Positions 41,231 to 57,383 are shown, counted from the first letter of the stretch. The stretch is DNA of 64,000 bases from an uncultured cyanobacterium (GCA_963719515.1 CAVRCJ010000010.1:160001-224000), one strand, 5' to 3'. Numbers and translations are program-made. The notes: a model not told the origin generated them from the sequence alone.

Positions 41231-41378
41231 CGGCTAAAATCTCCCGTTAGTTGATAGAGCAGTCTTTCTAGAAAGTCTAGCGGCAGACTGTGCGATGACG
41301 CTGATTAGTCTCGAACTATTTTTTGGGTACGGTTCTATCGTCGCCGTTTTCTCGTTTGGTTTCTGTAGAGTGTACCGG

Positions 41379-42713
41379 CTACGCCACTGCCTTAATCAAT
41401 TCATAGAGCGATCGCATTCCCATCGCCTCGCCGCCCTCAGGCCGTCCTGGCTGAGATCGAATATTCCAAGCCATAAAGTCGAGATGTACCCAGGGAACGC
41501 TGGGTTGGACAAACTCCTGCAGAAATAGAGCAGCGGTAATTGCCCCGCCATAGGACCCGCTAGAGATATTGCAGATGTCTGCGATCTTGCTGTCGAGGAG
41601 GGAGCGGTAGGGCGAATGCAGCGGCATTCGCCACAGGGGATCGCCAGCTTGCTCGCCCAGTTCGAGCAGCTGGCTGGCGATCCCCTCGTCGTTGCAGAAA
41701 AGAGCCGGTAGCTCAGTTCCCAAAGCCGCCCGCGCTGCCCCGGTCAGCGTGGCGCAGTCTATCAAAAGCTGGGGGGATTCAGAGCAGGCTTCCCACAGGG
41801 CATCAGCCAAAATTAGCCGTCCCTCCGCGTCGGTATTGCCCACTTCCACAGTCATGCCCTTGCGAGATGACAGCACGTCGTAGGGGTGGGTTGCATTACC
41901 GGCGATACTGTTCTCGACGGCAGGGATCAAGAGCCGCAGCCGCACCGGCAGCTCTAGGGACATCACCATCAGGGCTAGTCCCAGCGTCTGGGCTGCGCCA
42001 CCCATGTCCTTCTTCATCAGCTTCATGCCGCTGGCAGACTTCATGTTTAGTCCACCCGTATCGAAGCAGACGCCTTTACCCACCAGGGTAACTTTGGGGT
42101 GGCTAGGATCGCCCCAGCGCACATCGATGAGACGGGGGCAGTGCTCGCTGGCTCGGCCCACCGCGTGAATCAGCGGGTAATTTTGCGTCAGTAGGTCGTC
42201 TCCTCGGACGACCGTAAATTCAGCGTCGCAGGAGTCCGCTACTTGCTTGACCTGTCGCTCTAGCTGCTCTGGGCCCATATCGCCAGCGGGGGTGTTGACG
42301 AGGTCGCGGACTAAGGCGATCGCCTCAGCGGTCACCTTCACGTAGTCGCGATCGCCTGCTTCAGGAATTTCTAGCTTGGCGTGGCTGGTGCGAGAGGCTT
42401 GTTTGTAGGTATCGAAGCAGTACTGCCCTGCCTGCCATCCCAGGCTTAACATCGTTGCCTCTTTTGGGGCCAGCTCGTCGGCTAGGCGGTAAGTCATCGG
42501 AGGTAAGCTTTGGGCCAGTCCCCCCAGCAGCCAGGGGTCTAAGTCTTCCGCGCGGCCTACCAGCACCTCATGTATTTCTCCACTCGCACTGGGGATGAGG
42601 CAGTGACTTCCAACCTCGCCCTTAAACTGTGATGCCCGCACCCAGGGATGTTTACCGTACCGCTGTTGAAGCTGCTCGGGCGTCACGAGATAAATGGGGA
42701 TTGAAGTAGACAT
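41379..42713 (-). CDS. Leucyl aminopeptidase (M17 family)
   Basis: GKGVCFDTGG, MKKDMGG and NTDAEGRL. Confidence 0.95.
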   Translation of the reverse strand: MSTSIPIYLVTPEQLQQRYGKHPWVRASQFKGEVGSHCLIPSASGEIHEVLVGRAEDLDPWLLGGLAQSLPPMTYRLADELAPKEATMLSLGWQAGQYCFDTYKQASRTSHAKLEIPEAGDRDYVKVTAEAIALVRDLVNTPAGDMGPEQLERQVKQVADSCDAEFTVVRGDDLLTQNYPLIHAVGRASEHCPRLIDVRWGDPSHPKVTLVGKGVCFDTGGLNMKSASGMKLMKKDMGGAAQTLGLALMVMSLELPVRLRLLIPAVENSIAGNATHPYDVLSSRKGMTVEVGNTDAEGRLILADALWEACSESPQLLIDCATLTGAARAALGTELPALFCNDEGIASQLLELGEQAGDPLWRMPLHSPYRSLLDSKIADICNISSGSYGGAITAALFLQEFVQPSVPWVHLDFMAWNIRSQPGRPEGGEAMGMRSLYELIKAVA

Positions 42714-43116
42714 ATTAGAGAGCCGGTGGAGATAGTTGAATACGCTTGAGCCGATGCTGCAGTCAGCGTTGAAGATTAAGCTGGCTCCGTCTGAGAGGGG
42801 GTGCCAACCGAACTACGCTGTTTGTTACAGAAGCTTACCAGATGCCGAAACGATTCTCTGATCTACGATCGCAGTCACTAGTCATTGTACTGGCTGTCCA
42901 ACGGTTCGGGCTGCGATCGCTAACTGCTTTCAAACTCTCCCATTGCGCCCAATCGAATGGTAATTGGCTCCACATCCGTCACCGCTTCGTGGGGACCTTG
43001 CTGGGTGTCTTTGGGAATGGTCTAGAGACAGCCGGCGCGGCACAATCGGTCATCCGCTTTGACCTGACCTGAGAGGGCAAACAGCGCCTTTTCTATTGCA
43101 GTAAGTCGGAGTGGGA

Positions 43117-43989
43117 CTAGCTTGTTTGTATTCGCATACTCAGATCCAGCCAGCGCGATCGCGTGATGGGAGCGCTGGTGGAGATATAGTCCACTCCCGT
43201 CTCCGCCACCGCCCGAATGGTCTCCAGCGTCACATTCCCTGAGGCTTCAATCTTGATGCGATCGCTCTGCTGCCGAATGAGCTGCACCGCCTCAATCATC
43301 ATTTGGGGTGACATATTGTCCAACATAATAATGTCGGCTTTGCTTTTGAGGGCGGCTTTGACCTGGAGAAGGCACTCGGTTTCCACCTCAATTGCCAACG
43401 GGTAAGGAACGCGGCGGCGAACCTGCTCTATTGCCTCAGCGATTCCGCCTGCTGCTGCAATGTGATTGTCTTTAATCATGACGCTGTCATCTAACCCCAT
43501 GCGGTGATTCTGCGCTCCCCCTACTTGAGTCGCATACTTTTCTAATAGCCGCAGCCCTGGCGTTGTTTTGCGGGTGTCTACGAGCTGCGCTGGCAGGTCA
43601 GCAATCGCCTCAATGTACTGCCGCGTGGCTGTGGCAATCCCAGATAGGCGCATTGCTAGATTGAGAGCAACCCGCTCCCCGGTTAGCAGGGCGCCAATAG
43701 GCCCTTCGAGTTCAACGATGATGTGCCCTGGGTGACAGTGGCTTCCTTCTGCGACTGCAGGACGAAATACAATAGACGGCTCTAGAAGCTGAAACACCCG
43801 AGGGGCGATCGCTAGGCCGGTCACGATGCCGTCTTCCTTACACACCCAGTTGGCCTGCCGCCGCACCGTGCTGCCGGAAAAAATGGCATCCGTGGTGCGA
43901 TCGCCGCGTCCAATATCTTCCTGTAGCCAAGCCCTGAGCATGGGGTCAAGCAAAATATCAGGTGGGATAACAGCGGTGGGAGTAGACAT
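43117..43989 (-). CDS. nadC: Nicotinate-nucleotide diphosphorylase (carboxylating)
   Basis: DTRKTTPG, NHRMGLDD, KDNH and EASG. Confidence 0.97.
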   Translation of the reverse strand: MSTPTAVIPPDILLDPMLRAWLQEDIGRGDRTTDAIFSGSTVRRQANWVCKEDGIVTGLAIAPRVFQLLEPSIVFRPAVAEGSHCHPGHIIVELEGPIGALLTGERVALNLAMRLSGIATATRQYIEAIADLPAQLVDTRKTTPGLRLLEKYATQVGGAQNHRMGLDDSVMIKDNHIAAAGGIAEAIEQVRRRVPYPLAIEVETECLLQVKAALKSKADIIMLDNMSPQMMIEAVQLIRQQSDRIKIEASGNVTLETIRAVAETGVDYISTSAPITRSRWLDLSMRIQTS

Positions 43990-44234
43990 GGCCAGAGGTT
44001 GGACCTATATACGATATCTACCTATCGTATGACCCACGTTGCGTCATCTGGTCGTCAACGTCCTTTCTCAATCAGTGCTCAAAGTACGCGTCGATCTGTC
44101 AGGGTGCTCACCTCAAAGTAGGAAAATCGGGCAATGATGAGCTCAGATCTAAATTAGGGCGATCGCTCTAATTCCCGCCAGGCAAGGATTTCAAAGTAAT
44201 TTGGAGAAGTATCCAAGTTATTTCGGAAAAAAGG

Positions 44235-44329
44235 TTGACACCTAGCGGGAGATTTCGTTATATTGTCTAAGCGGTCGAGAGGGAGCGGAGCGAAAGCGAA
44301 GCGAGCTCGAGGCCACCGAACCTAGACAA
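44235..44329 (+). promoter_or_regulatory. rRNA operon promoter and boxB/boxA antitermination signals
   Basis: TTGACA (44235)-N18-TATATT (44259); hairpin followed by GAACCTAGACAA (44318), matching ITS boxA GAACCTTGAAAA (46466). Confidence 0.75.
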
Positions 44330-44571
44330 GAGAATAGTTTGAAAGCTAAGCGCATCTAGAATAAAGCTTGGATAACATACACTCCGTCGATAGGAAGCAT
44401 TAAGCTTTAGCACAGGGAGGGATAAGACCTAAACTTTGTTGAGATTAGTGTATCACTAGAAGACGAAAGAAAGAATGATTCCGAGATAAGGATAACTTAT
44501 CTGAGGGATTGGATAGACTCAGTGCTTGATATTCATTTAGTTTTGTCTGAGTGAATTTGAGAGTACAACCA

Positions 44572-46058
<1,487 letters not shown>

Positions 46059-46196
46059 AAGGGAGACCTACCCGTTAGCGACTGTCTAATATATGACGTT
46101 GCTGATGAGGTCACTCTAAGGTCGGTCCAAGCAGTATTTATTTTGGGTGCAGTGTTTAGCTTTCAAACTATGTTTAGGTTTACCAAAACCAATTAC

Positions 46197-46270
<74 letters not shown>

Positions 46271-46289
46271 CTGCTACGGCTTTAGTCGT

Positions 46290-46365
46290 GGGGGTATAGC
46301 TCAGTTGGTAGAGCGCCTGCTTTGCAAGCAGGACGTCAGCGGTTCGAGTCCGCTTACCTCCACCA
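46290..46365 (+). tRNA. trnA: tRNA-Ala (TGC)
   Basis: ITS cloverleaf, anticodon loop TTTGCAA, encoded CCA. Confidence 0.97.
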
Positions 46366-46567
46366 ATTGGAATACTCGACTAGAACACTCGAGTGAACTA
46401 GGTGAATTCAGCACTCAATCAGGCGAAGGCTTAGATGGGCTGCTGAGCTCAAGAAGTTCAGCAAAGAACCTTGAAAACTGCATAGAAGAACAAACAACTG
46501 TCAGGTAGTTGATTTAGGTTGTGTAAAAGCAATTTAGAGAACGAAACAGACAAAAGCCGAAAGTAGT

Positions 46568-49381
<2,814 letters not shown>

Positions 49382-49451
49382 AAACTTTCAGCTCGCTTTG
49401 TTCTTCTGTGCAGTCCTCAGGGCTCTATAAATTCAATAGACCCATCAGCTC

Positions 49452-49571
49452 TTCTGGTGTCTATGGCGCGGTGGACCCACTCTGACTCCATCCCGAACTC
49501 AGATAGTGAAACATCGCAGCGGCGAAGATACTTTGGGGGTAGCCCCGCGGGAAAATAGCTCGATGCCAGGT
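49452..49571 (+). rRNA. rrf: 5S rRNA
   Basis: CTGGTG..CCGAAC..GTGAAA..GCCAGG. Confidence 0.95.
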
Positions 49572-49581
49572 GATTATTAAA

Positions 49582-49620
49582 CAAACTGCCCCTACAGCCT
49601 CAAACTGTAGGGGCAGTTTG
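49582..49620 (+). terminator. Strong hairpin after the rrn operon
   Basis: CAAACTGCCCCTACAG-CCTCAAA-CTGTAGGGGCAGTTTG, perfect 16-bp stem. Confidence 0.75.
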
Positions 49621-49681
49621 CTATTAGAGCTAGGTAATTGGGAACGTTAGGTAGCGCATCTCAACCATCAGGAGCATCGAT

Positions 49682-50089
49682 ATGGCTAGTGCAGGCTTAA
49701 ATAAATGGATTGTCAGCGGTAATCTGGCTGCTGACGCAGAAGTAAAGACCGTCGAGCTGCGCAGTGGCGATCGCGCCCAGGTTGCTACAGCAACCCTCTA
49801 CGTGCAAAAGCTACGCGATCGCAAGGACTCGTTCACGGTCTCACTCAACGTCTGGGAAAGTTCGGCAGCTTGGCGAAAGCTACCCTACATGACTAAAGGT
49901 TCTCTAATCATCTGCACCGGCAGTATCGAGCCCCAGCCCTATATCTCCAATGGCGACGGTAAGCCGAAGGCGGGGCTGTCAATGACGGTACTGGATGTTG
50001 ATTTGGACGTGATTCGTGGCCTGGATTCTAACCCGGACTCGACTGCTGAAGCCAGTGCTACTGAGGACGAGACCGCCCTTGTAGACTAG
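49682..50089 (+). CDS. Divergent single-stranded DNA-binding (SSB) family protein
   Basis: LNKWIVSGNLAADAE, VW and KGSLIICTGSI match the SSB OB-fold pattern; RBS AGGAG. Confidence 0.75.
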   Translation: MASAGLNKWIVSGNLAADAEVKTVELRSGDRAQVATATLYVQKLRDRKDSFTVSLNVWESSAAWRKLPYMTKGSLIICTGSIEPQPYISNGDGKPKAGLSMTVLDVDLDVIRGLDSNPDSTAEASATEDETALVD

Positions 50090-50096
50090 CCATACC

Positions 50097-53000
50097 TCAG
50101 CCGAAGCCACCTCCCCCCGGCGTTTCAATTGCGATCGCATCTCCAGGCTGCATATCGACTTGGGCGCTGCCCAATAGTATCTCTACTACACCATTGGCTC
50201 GCTCTACTTTATTGAGCCCGATTTTTCCCGCTTCTCCGCCTTCAAGCCCAAAGGGGGGAATTATCCGATGTCCTGAAAGGATTGCTGCTGTCATAGCCTC
50301 ACGAAACCGAAGACGACGCAGAACGCCATTTCCGCCTCGATGCTGTCCGCTCCCCCCGCTCCCCTGGCGAATTGAAAACTCTTCCACCAGTACCGGAAAG
50401 CGCCATTCTAAAACCTCCGGGTCAGTGAGCCGCGAGTTGGTCATATGGGTTTGAACTGCGTCTGCGCCGTTGAAATTGGGTCCAGCCCCTGCGCCGCCGC
50501 AGATGGTCTCGTAGTACTGGTAGCGATCGCTGCCAAAGGTAAAGTTGTTCATGGTGCCTTGCCCCGCCGCCATCATGCCCAGCGCACCGTAGAGAGCGTT
50601 AGCGATCGCCTGCGAGGTTTCTACATTTCCCGCCACAACGGCTGCCGGATAGCGAGGATTGAGCATACAGCCCTCAGGAATGGTGATCTGTAGCGGCGCG
50701 AGACAGCCCGCATTGAGGGGAATTTCGTCATCGACTAGGGTGCGGAAGACATATAGCACTACCGCCTTGCCGATAGCAAGGGGGGCGTTGAGGTTATTGT
50801 CCTGCTGAGGCGAGGTGCCGGTAAAGTCTACGTGGGCCGTGCGCTGGGTGCGATCGATGGTGACAGCGACCTGAATGACGCTGCCGCCATCCATGGGGTA
50901 GGTGAACTGCCCATCGCTCAGCTTTTCAATAACTCGCTGCACTGAGGCTGTAGCGTTAGTCTGCACGTGACCCATATAATCCTGAACAACATTTAGGCCA
51001 TAGTGGTCGCTGACGCGGCGCAATTCCTGAATGCCTCGTTCGTTGGCGGCAATCTGCGCTTTAAGGTCAGCTAGGGTCTGAGCCGGATTGCGGGCGGGAT
51101 AGGGCCCGGACGTCAGGCGCTCAATCAGCGCTTTTTCTTGAAAACGACCTTCAGCTACGAGGGGTAAGTTGTCTAGCAGCACGCCCTCCTCTTCAATGGA
51201 GCGGCTATAGGGGGGCATCGAGCCCGGCGTGATGCCGCCAATATCGGCGTGATGGCCCCGCGAGGCGACGTAGAAGACAGGCTGCTCAGCATTTAGAAAT
51301 ACTGGCGTGATCACCGTAACGTCAGGCAGGTGGGTGCCGCCGTTGTAGGGGTTATTGGAGAGATATACGTTCCCCGGCTGCATCTGCCGCGCCGCAATCA
51401 GGCTGCTGACGCTCTCGCTCATGGAGCCCAAATGCACGGGGATATGAGGCGCATTGGCGACCAACCGGCCCTGAGCGTCGAACAGGGCGCAGGAGAAGTC
51501 AAGCCGCTCCTTAATATTGACCGAATGGCTGGTGTTCTGAAGGGTAATGCCCATCTCATCGGCGATCGCCTTGAACAGATTATTGAAGATCTCCAGCACC
51601 ACGGGATCAGGCTGGGCCTTTGCCTGAGAAATAGCTGGAACATTGGAAGTCTTAGACGCTTTGATGCGGCGGATCGCTAAGTGGTTCTGCTTAGTGAGGG
51701 TCGCTTTCCAGCCCAACTCAACGACGTTGGTGCCCGTCGCCTCCACAATCAAGGCGGCCCCACGTACCTCGTCGCCGGACCGCAGATCCTGCCTCCGGTA
51801 CACCGGAGCCTCGTGCCAGCTATCGCCGCTATACAGAGATACCGCTGCGACAGGAGCAAGCGGGGCAGTTCGCTTAGGGGGGACCCAATCCTGCTGCAGC
51901 GACGGCGTTTCCCCAATTACCTCCACCGACACCGCCTCCACCGTCAACGGCATATCGACTGTGGCAAAGCCGTAGCGCTGCCGATGCTGCTCATGAAACT
52001 GCGATCGCATCTCTTCCACGCTGCCCACCTCTACCAGCAAGGATGAGTCGGTGCCAGGGTAGCGCAGGTGGGCCTTGCACCTGATGCGGATGCAGTCGGG
52101 CGCAATATCCTGACCCAAAATTTCCTTCCGCCCCGCTGCCGCGAGCTCATCTAAAACTCGGTTAATTTGAGGCAGCGTCTCCGCCAATAGCCCAACCTCC
52201 ACTGCTCTCTCCCGCAGGGTGCGCAGGTCTGCTAGCCCAATTCCATAGGCCGACAGTACCCCCGCGTAGGGGTGCAGAAAAATCTGCGTCATCCCCAACG
52301 CCTCAGCAATTAAGCAGGCGTGCTGCCCCCCCGCCCCGCCAAAGCAGCATAGGGTATAGTCCGTGACGTCGTAGCCCCGCTGCACTGAGATTTTTTTAAT
52401 AGCGCTGGCCATCTTATCCACGGCAATGGTGAGATAGCCCGCCGCCACCTGCTCTGGAGACCGCTGGTCACCGGTCTGCTCGTCAATGACCTTGGCCTGC
52501 TCCGCAAAGGCCCGCTGCACTGCTTCCCTATCCAAAGGCAAATCCCCCTCGGGCCCAAACACCTTAGGAAACAGCTCTGGCTGCAGCTTCCCCAGCATGA
52601 CGTTGCAGTCGGTGACCGTCAGCGGCCCGCCTTGACGATAGCAGGCTGGTCCGGGCTGCGCTCCGGCGGACTCGGGGCCGACCCGATACCGGGCCCCATC
52701 GAAGGATAAAATCGAGCCGCCGCCTGCCGCCACGGTGTGAATGGAGAGCATGGGCGATCGCAGCCTAACTCCGGCGATTTCCGTTTCAAAGGTGCGCTCA
52801 TACTCCCCGTTGAAGTGAGAGACATCGGTGGAGGTGCCTCCCATGTCAAATCCAATGATGCGACTGAATCCTGCCTGCTGGCTGGTTTTCACGGCCCCTA
52901 CGATGCCCCCGGCAGGCCCAGAAAGCAGGCTGTCTTTACCTTGAAAGAGCTGTGCGTCCGTCAGCCCGCCGTCGGACTTCATGAACTGAAGCTTTGGCCC

Positions 53001-53768
53001 TGCGTCTGGTCCCCTCAGCGCTGCCGCCACCTGATCAACATAGCGCCGCAGCACGGGCGACAGGTAGGCATCTACAACGGTGGTATCCCCGCGACTGACA
53101 AACTTCATTACCGGACTCACCTCGTGGGAAACCGACACCTGGGTAAAGCCGATATCTCGGGCGATCGCCGACACCTGCTGCTCATGGTCTGGGTAGCGAT
53201 AGCCGTGAAGGAACAAGACGGCGCAGGCGCGAATGCCGTCGTCGTAGGCAGCCTGAAGGGCGGTAGTCACTCGCGCTAGCTCATGATCATTAGGGGCAAC
53301 GAGCTCTTCTCCTTCAGCGGTGTAGCGCTCTTTCACCTCCACCACCTGCTCGTAAAGCATCTCCGGCAGCACAATTTCTCGGGCGAAGATGTCGGGGCGA
53401 TCTTGGTAGCCGATGCGCAGAGCATCCCGGAAGCCTCGGGTGGTAATAAGCAGGGTGCGATCGCCTTTGCGCTCTAGCAGGGCGTTGGTGGCCACGGTAG
53501 TGCCCATCTTGACGACTTCAATTTCTTTGGCTGGAATGGTGGCTTCGGGCGAGAGCCCGAGAATATCGCGGATGCCTTGAATAACGGCGTCGGGGTAGCG
53601 ATCGGGGTTCTCCGAAAGCAGTTTGTAGACGATCACCCAGCGCTGATTCGGTAAGGGCGTGACTTGAAAGCGATCTTGGGCCGCAAGGCGCTGGGCGACC
53701 TGCGAACTATCGGTAACGGCAACGAGGTCGGTAAAGGTGCCACCGCGATCGGCAAAAACTTTAAGCAT
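50097..53768 (-). CDS. ATP-dependent 5-oxoprolinase / hydantoinase A+B fusion
   Basis: [38 protein letters not shown] and TPGGGG. Confidence 0.95.
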   Translation of the reverse strand: MLKVFADRGGTFTDLVAVTDSSQVAQRLAAQDRFQVTPLPNQRWVIVYKLLSENPDRYPDAVIQGIRDILGLSPEATIPAKEIEVVKMGTTVATNALLERKGDRTLLITTRGFRDALRIGYQDRPDIFAREIVLPEMLYEQVVEVKERYTAEGEELVAPNDHELARVTTALQAAYDDGIRACAVLFLHGYRYPDHEQQVSAIARDIGFTQVSVSHEVSPVMKFVSRGDTTVVDAYLSPVLRRYVDQVAAALRGPDAGPKLQFMKSDGGLTDAQLFQGKDSLLSGPAGGIVGAVKTSQQAGFSRIIGFDMGGTSTDVSHFNGEYERTFETEIAGVRLRSPMLSIHTVAAGGGSILSFDGARYRVGPESAGAQPGPACYRQGGPLTVTDCNVMLGKLQPELFPKVFGPEGDLPLDREAVQRAFAEQAKVIDEQTGDQRSPEQVAAGYLTIAVDKMASAIKKISVQRGYDVTDYTLCCFGGAGGQHACLIAEALGMTQIFLHPYAGVLSAYGIGLADLRTLRERAVEVGLLAETLPQINRVLDELAAAGRKEILGQDIAPDCIRIRCKAHLRYPGTDSSLLVEVGSVEEMRSQFHEQHRQRYGFATVDMPLTVEAVSVEVIGETPSLQQDWVPPKRTAPLAPVAAVSLYSGDSWHEAPVYRRQDLRSGDEVRGAALIVEATGTNVVELGWKATLTKQNHLAIRRIKASKTSNVPAISQAKAQPDPVVLEIFNNLFKAIADEMGITLQNTSHSVNIKERLDFSCALFDAQGRLVANAPHIPVHLGSMSESVSSLIAARQMQPGNVYLSNNPYNGGTHLPDVTVITPVFLNAEQPVFYVASRGHHADIGGITPGSMPPYSRSIEEEGVLLDNLPLVAEGRFQEKALIERLTSGPYPARNPAQTLADLKAQIAANERGIQELRRVSDHYGLNVVQDYMGHVQTNATASVQRVIEKLSDGQFTYPMDGGSVIQVAVTIDRTQRTAHVDFTGTSPQQDNNLNAPLAIGKAVVLYVFRTLVDDEIPLNAGCLAPLQITIPEGCMLNPRYPAAVVAGNVETSQAIANALYGALGMMAAGQGTMNNFTFGSDRYQYYETICGGAGAGPNFNGADAVQTHMTNSRLTDPEVLEWRFPVLVEEFSIRQGSGGSGQHRGGNGVLRRLRFREAMTAAILSGHRIIPPFGLEGGEAGKIGLNKVERANGVVEILLGSAQVDMQPGDAIAIETPGGGGFG

Positions 53769-54212
53769 TATTTTTCTCTGTAAATCCTGTACGAACCCGG
53801 TCATTCCCGGTCGGTATCAATTTCTAACGTTTCAACAACCTGCCGTTGATGATCCATGTCGGTGCTACAGCTATTTTTTAGACCTGCCTCTAACCTAGAA
53901 CAGCTGGAGGGCTAAGAGAGCCAACGCCTGTCGCTGATTACGCCGACAGCTGTTGCTCCCTGAGATCAATGACCGCAGAGAGGGGTAATCTTTTTGTCTA
54001 TGGACTAGCTTTCTGAGAAGATTCCTCACAGTTGTTCATCATGTAACTACTCTGATCGATCTGTATCGTCTTGTATCTCCCTTACCTTCAAGACCGACTG
54101 AGATACGCTATCGTCAAAACGTGTTTTCCCCCCTATTCACCTCCTACGCTTTGATTCTCGTTTTGTTAACGAGCCATTATCCCTACAGTCATCTTTAGGA
54201 GGACTCTCTACA

Positions 54213-54419
54213 ATGACTCCATCCCTGGTTAGAAATCTTTGGTCTTTAGTGGACCGCGCTCAGGCTAGGCTGCCCCTCGACCTAGACGACAGCAGTTTAA
54301 CCGACTGGCTCGTCACTCAGGTTCGCTCTGAGCAACCGCTTAATGGCCAAGAAACCGCAGCGCTAGACGGCTACGTCCGCTCGCGACTACTGCTGATTCG
54401 GGACCTAGTGCAGACATAG
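54213..54419 (+). CDS. Small cyanobacterial hypothetical protein
   Basis: RBS AGGAGG; MTPSLVRNLWSLV..SRLLLIRDL. Confidence 0.75.
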   Translation: MTPSLVRNLWSLVDRAQARLPLDLDDSSLTDWLVTQVRSEQPLNGQETAALDGYVRSRLLLIRDLVQT

Positions 54420-54459
54420 TTTACCTCAGCAGAAAAGCTGAAACAGAGAAGGGTGAAAC

Positions 54460-54475
54460 TGTACAGTTTGATACA
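54460..54475 (+). promoter_or_regulatory. NtcA binding site
   Basis: TGTA-CAGTTTGA-TACA, a perfect GTA-N8-TAC, upstream of an amino-acid uptake operon. Confidence 0.7.
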
Positions 54476-54496
54476 AACAGAATCGTGAACCGATGG

Positions 54497-54533
54497 AATG
54501 TTAAGAGCAGTTAATGTTAAGAGCAGTTAATGT
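54497..54533 (+). repeat. 16-bp tandem duplication in the promoter region
   Basis: AATGTTAAGAGCAGTT twice, followed by AATGT. Confidence 0.9.
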
Positions 54534-54632
54534 CACAGAAGCGGATTTTGATGGCTCCGCAGATTTGCGCTGAATGCAGTCATCTACTACTCTGAACAGA
54601 CTTAAGTGAAACGTGAAGTTGAGATATCAAAC

Positions 54633-55709
54633 ATGACTAAGTGGCGTTCCTTGCTTGCGATGATGGTTTTAGCGATCGCTCCGATTGCTGCCTGCGCGTC
54701 CCCACCCGACAGCTCGGCGGGAGCTGATGGCGACGGCGAGACGGCATCTAGCGGCGGCTCAGGGCGGCTTCAGACCCTACTTGACCGGGGAGAACTGGTT
54801 TGCGGCGTTGAGGGCAACATCCCTGGCTTTAGCTTTGTTGACGAAAGCGGTGAGTACTCCGGCATTGATGTGGACTACTGCCGCGCCGTAGCCGCTGCCT
54901 TATTCGATGACCCCGACGCGGTGCAGTACCGCAACCTCGACTCCACCGAGCGCTTCACGGCGTTGTCCGGCGGTGAGGTCGACATGCTGGCCCGCAACAC
55001 CACCTGGACCATCAGCCGCGACACCTCGGTGGGCCTCGAATTTGCCCCCACGACCTTCTACGATGGTCAAGGCATGATGGTGGGTACCGATTCGGGCATT
55101 TCCACCCTAGAAGATTTCGGCGGCAAGTCGGTCTGCGTTGAGACGGGCACCACCACCGAGCTCAACCTAACGGACCAGATGAGCAAGCTGGGCGTGGACT
55201 TTGAGCCGGTGGTGTTCCAAGACGCCAACGCCGCCTATGCCGCCTACTCAGAAGGCCGCTGCGAAGGCATGACCTCTGATAAGTCGCAGCTGGTGGCGCG
55301 TCGCTCGACGCTGCCCGACCCCGACGCCCATACGGTGCTTGAGGTCACCATGTCCAAGGAGCCCCTAGGCCCTGTGACCATCAACAACGACTCCGGTCTA
55401 TTTGACGTGGTCAAGTGGGTGACCTTTGCCACCATCGAAGCCGAGGAGCTAGGGCTGACTCAGGACAATGTCGAAGAGGCACTCAACAGCGAAGATCCCA
55501 ACGTGCTCCGCTTTGTGGGCGCTGAAGGTGAGCTGGGCGAAGGTCTGGGTCTGAGTAATGATTTTGCCTACCGCGTCGTCAAGGCTGTGGGGAACTACGG
55601 TGAAATCTATGCTCGTAACCTGGGTGAGGACTCTCAGTTCAACCTCGACCGAGGCCTCAACGACCTGTGGACCAACGGCGGGCTGCTGTATTCGCCCCCA
55701 TTCCGATAG
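54633..55709 (+). CDS. natF: Amino-acid ABC transporter substrate-binding lipoprotein (AapJ/NatF)
   Basis: Lipobox IAAC, RNTTWT, YDGQG, SKEPLGP and LLYSPPFR. Confidence 0.9.
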   Translation: MTKWRSLLAMMVLAIAPIAACASPPDSSAGADGDGETASSGGSGRLQTLLDRGELVCGVEGNIPGFSFVDESGEYSGIDVDYCRAVAAALFDDPDAVQYRNLDSTERFTALSGGEVDMLARNTTWTISRDTSVGLEFAPTTFYDGQGMMVGTDSGISTLEDFGGKSVCVETGTTTELNLTDQMSKLGVDFEPVVFQDANAAYAAYSEGRCEGMTSDKSQLVARRSTLPDPDAHTVLEVTMSKEPLGPVTINNDSGLFDVVKWVTFATIEAEELGLTQDNVEEALNSEDPNVLRFVGAEGELGEGLGLSNDFAYRVVKAVGNYGEIYARNLGEDSQFNLDRGLNDLWTNGGLLYSPPFR

Positions 55710-55989
55710 ATTGATCCGATCCGCTTAGGGTACGTAATAGTCCTTAACGCAACTTTAATCTATCGTTAATCGATGAAACGGCTAGTGGCTGCGGCGACTG
55801 GCCGTTTCTTTATGGTCGGGCGACGACGGCATTTTGCCCCGGATGATAATAAATTACGTTACGAAGGCGACATTCGCGATCGCCTGTATGGTGCAGGATA
55901 GCGTTAACTATATGGTGTGAGTCCATTGACATATCGCTGCAGCGCATATGGCCCTAATGCTCACAGGCGCTCAGTAACTGAATGCAATT

Positions 55990-57381
55990 ATGACCAGCAG
56001 CTCGGACCCCAACAAGGTTGCCCTTTGGCGAGACGAACGATTTTGGAAACTCGCGTTCCAGGTGATCACCCTTGCGGCGGTGATTATAGCTCTCTCTATC
56101 TTAGGAACCAACCTCAGCCGAAACATGGCCCGTCAGGGCATCAACTTTGGCTTCTCTTTCTTAGAAAACTCTTCCGGCTTTGGCGTCGGTGAAACATTAA
56201 TTGACCTACAGCGCCAAGACCCCTACATCAAGGTCTTAGCCGCCGGACTGATCAACTCCCTCAGGGCAATCGCGGTGGCGGTAGTGCTCACCACCATTGT
56301 GGGCATATTGGCAGGGGTGGCTAGCTTCTCAGACAACTGGCTAGTCTACAAAATCAGCCGCGCCTACGTCGGCCTCATCCGCAACGTCCCCCTGCTGCTG
56401 CAGCTGTTCTTCTGGTATTTTGCGATTTTCTCGCAGGCCCCTTCTGCAGAGGAGCAGTTCAACCTATTTGGCTTAGTAGCGCTCAGCAAGCGGGGCCTCT
56501 ATCTGCCGGGGCCGTCCTTTACCGACTCAAACTGGCTGGGGCTAGTGCTGCTGGCGCTTGCCCTTCTGTTTGGTGGACTGCTGTGGAAGCTGGTGAGCGA
56601 CGTACGCAGGCCCCACATCGGCACCGTTGGTTTAGTAAAGCGGGTGGTGTCGGGCATAGCTGCCGCCGTCGTAGCGCTGGCGGAACTGTGGCTGATTGGC
56701 TATGGCCTTAGCTATGTCGTTGACGGACCAGCCGAAGGGTTCAACCTTGGCCCTGGGGCCTGGCTGCCGGTGATTGCGGTGGCGGCCATTGTGCTGCTGC
56801 TGGTGTGGCAGTGGCGCACCAAAGCAATCGTCGAGCAGGGTGCGTCTGGAGACTCCTATCTCAAGGGCATGTGGGCGATCGCCGCCGCCATTTTGCTGAT
56901 GATAGTCTTTGGCCTGGGGTGGCAGACGCCTACAGCGGCAGAGGGCGGCGGGTCCAGCGGCGGCCTGCGGCTCTCGCTAGAGTACGCGGCGGCGGTGACG
57001 GCGCTGGTATTTTACACCGGAGCCTTCATCGCAGAAATCGTGCGCGGGGGCATCCAGTCGGTGTCTAAGGGACAGTGGGAAGCGGCGCGATCGCTAGGGT
57101 TACCCACCGACATGGCCATGCGGCTGGTGGTGTTTCCCCAGGCGCTGCGGGTAATCATTCCGCCCCTCAACAGCGAATACATGAACCTGACGAAGAACTC
57201 CAGTCTGGCCTTTGCCATCGGCTACCCGGATCTGTATTCGGTCTCTAACACCACCTACAACCAAACCGGACGGCCCGTCGAAGTATTCATTGTTCTGATC
57301 GCCACCTATCTCATCCTGTGTCTGCTGATATCCGTCAGCATGAACCAGCTCAACAACACCGTTCAGCTTAAGGAGCGCTAG
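55990..57381 (+). CDS. natG: Amino-acid ABC permease (AapQ/NatG)
   Basis: RNVPLLLQ, AEIVRGG, EAARSLG and KNSSLA. Confidence 0.9.
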   Translation: MTSSSDPNKVALWRDERFWKLAFQVITLAAVIIALSILGTNLSRNMARQGINFGFSFLENSSGFGVGETLIDLQRQDPYIKVLAAGLINSLRAIAVAVVLTTIVGILAGVASFSDNWLVYKISRAYVGLIRNVPLLLQLFFWYFAIFSQAPSAEEQFNLFGLVALSKRGLYLPGPSFTDSNWLGLVLLALALLFGGLLWKLVSDVRRPHIGTVGLVKRVVSGIAAAVVALAELWLIGYGLSYVVDGPAEGFNLGPGAWLPVIAVAAIVLLLVWQWRTKAIVEQGASGDSYLKGMWAIAAAILLMIVFGLGWQTPTAAEGGGSSGGLRLSLEYAAAVTALVFYTGAFIAEIVRGGIQSVSKGQWEAARSLGLPTDMAMRLVVFPQALRVIIPPLNSEYMNLTKNSSLAFAIGYPDLYSVSNTTYNQTGRPVEVFIVLIATYLILCLLISVSMNQLNNTVQLKER

Positions 57382-57383
57382 AC

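Noticed and set aside
38898..41378. Prophage or integrative element at tRNA-Met
   Set aside because: No integrase and no duplicated tRNA 3' end was found by eye
42842..43072. 76-aa ORF between the aminopeptidase and nadC
   Set aside because: No RBS, motif or other support
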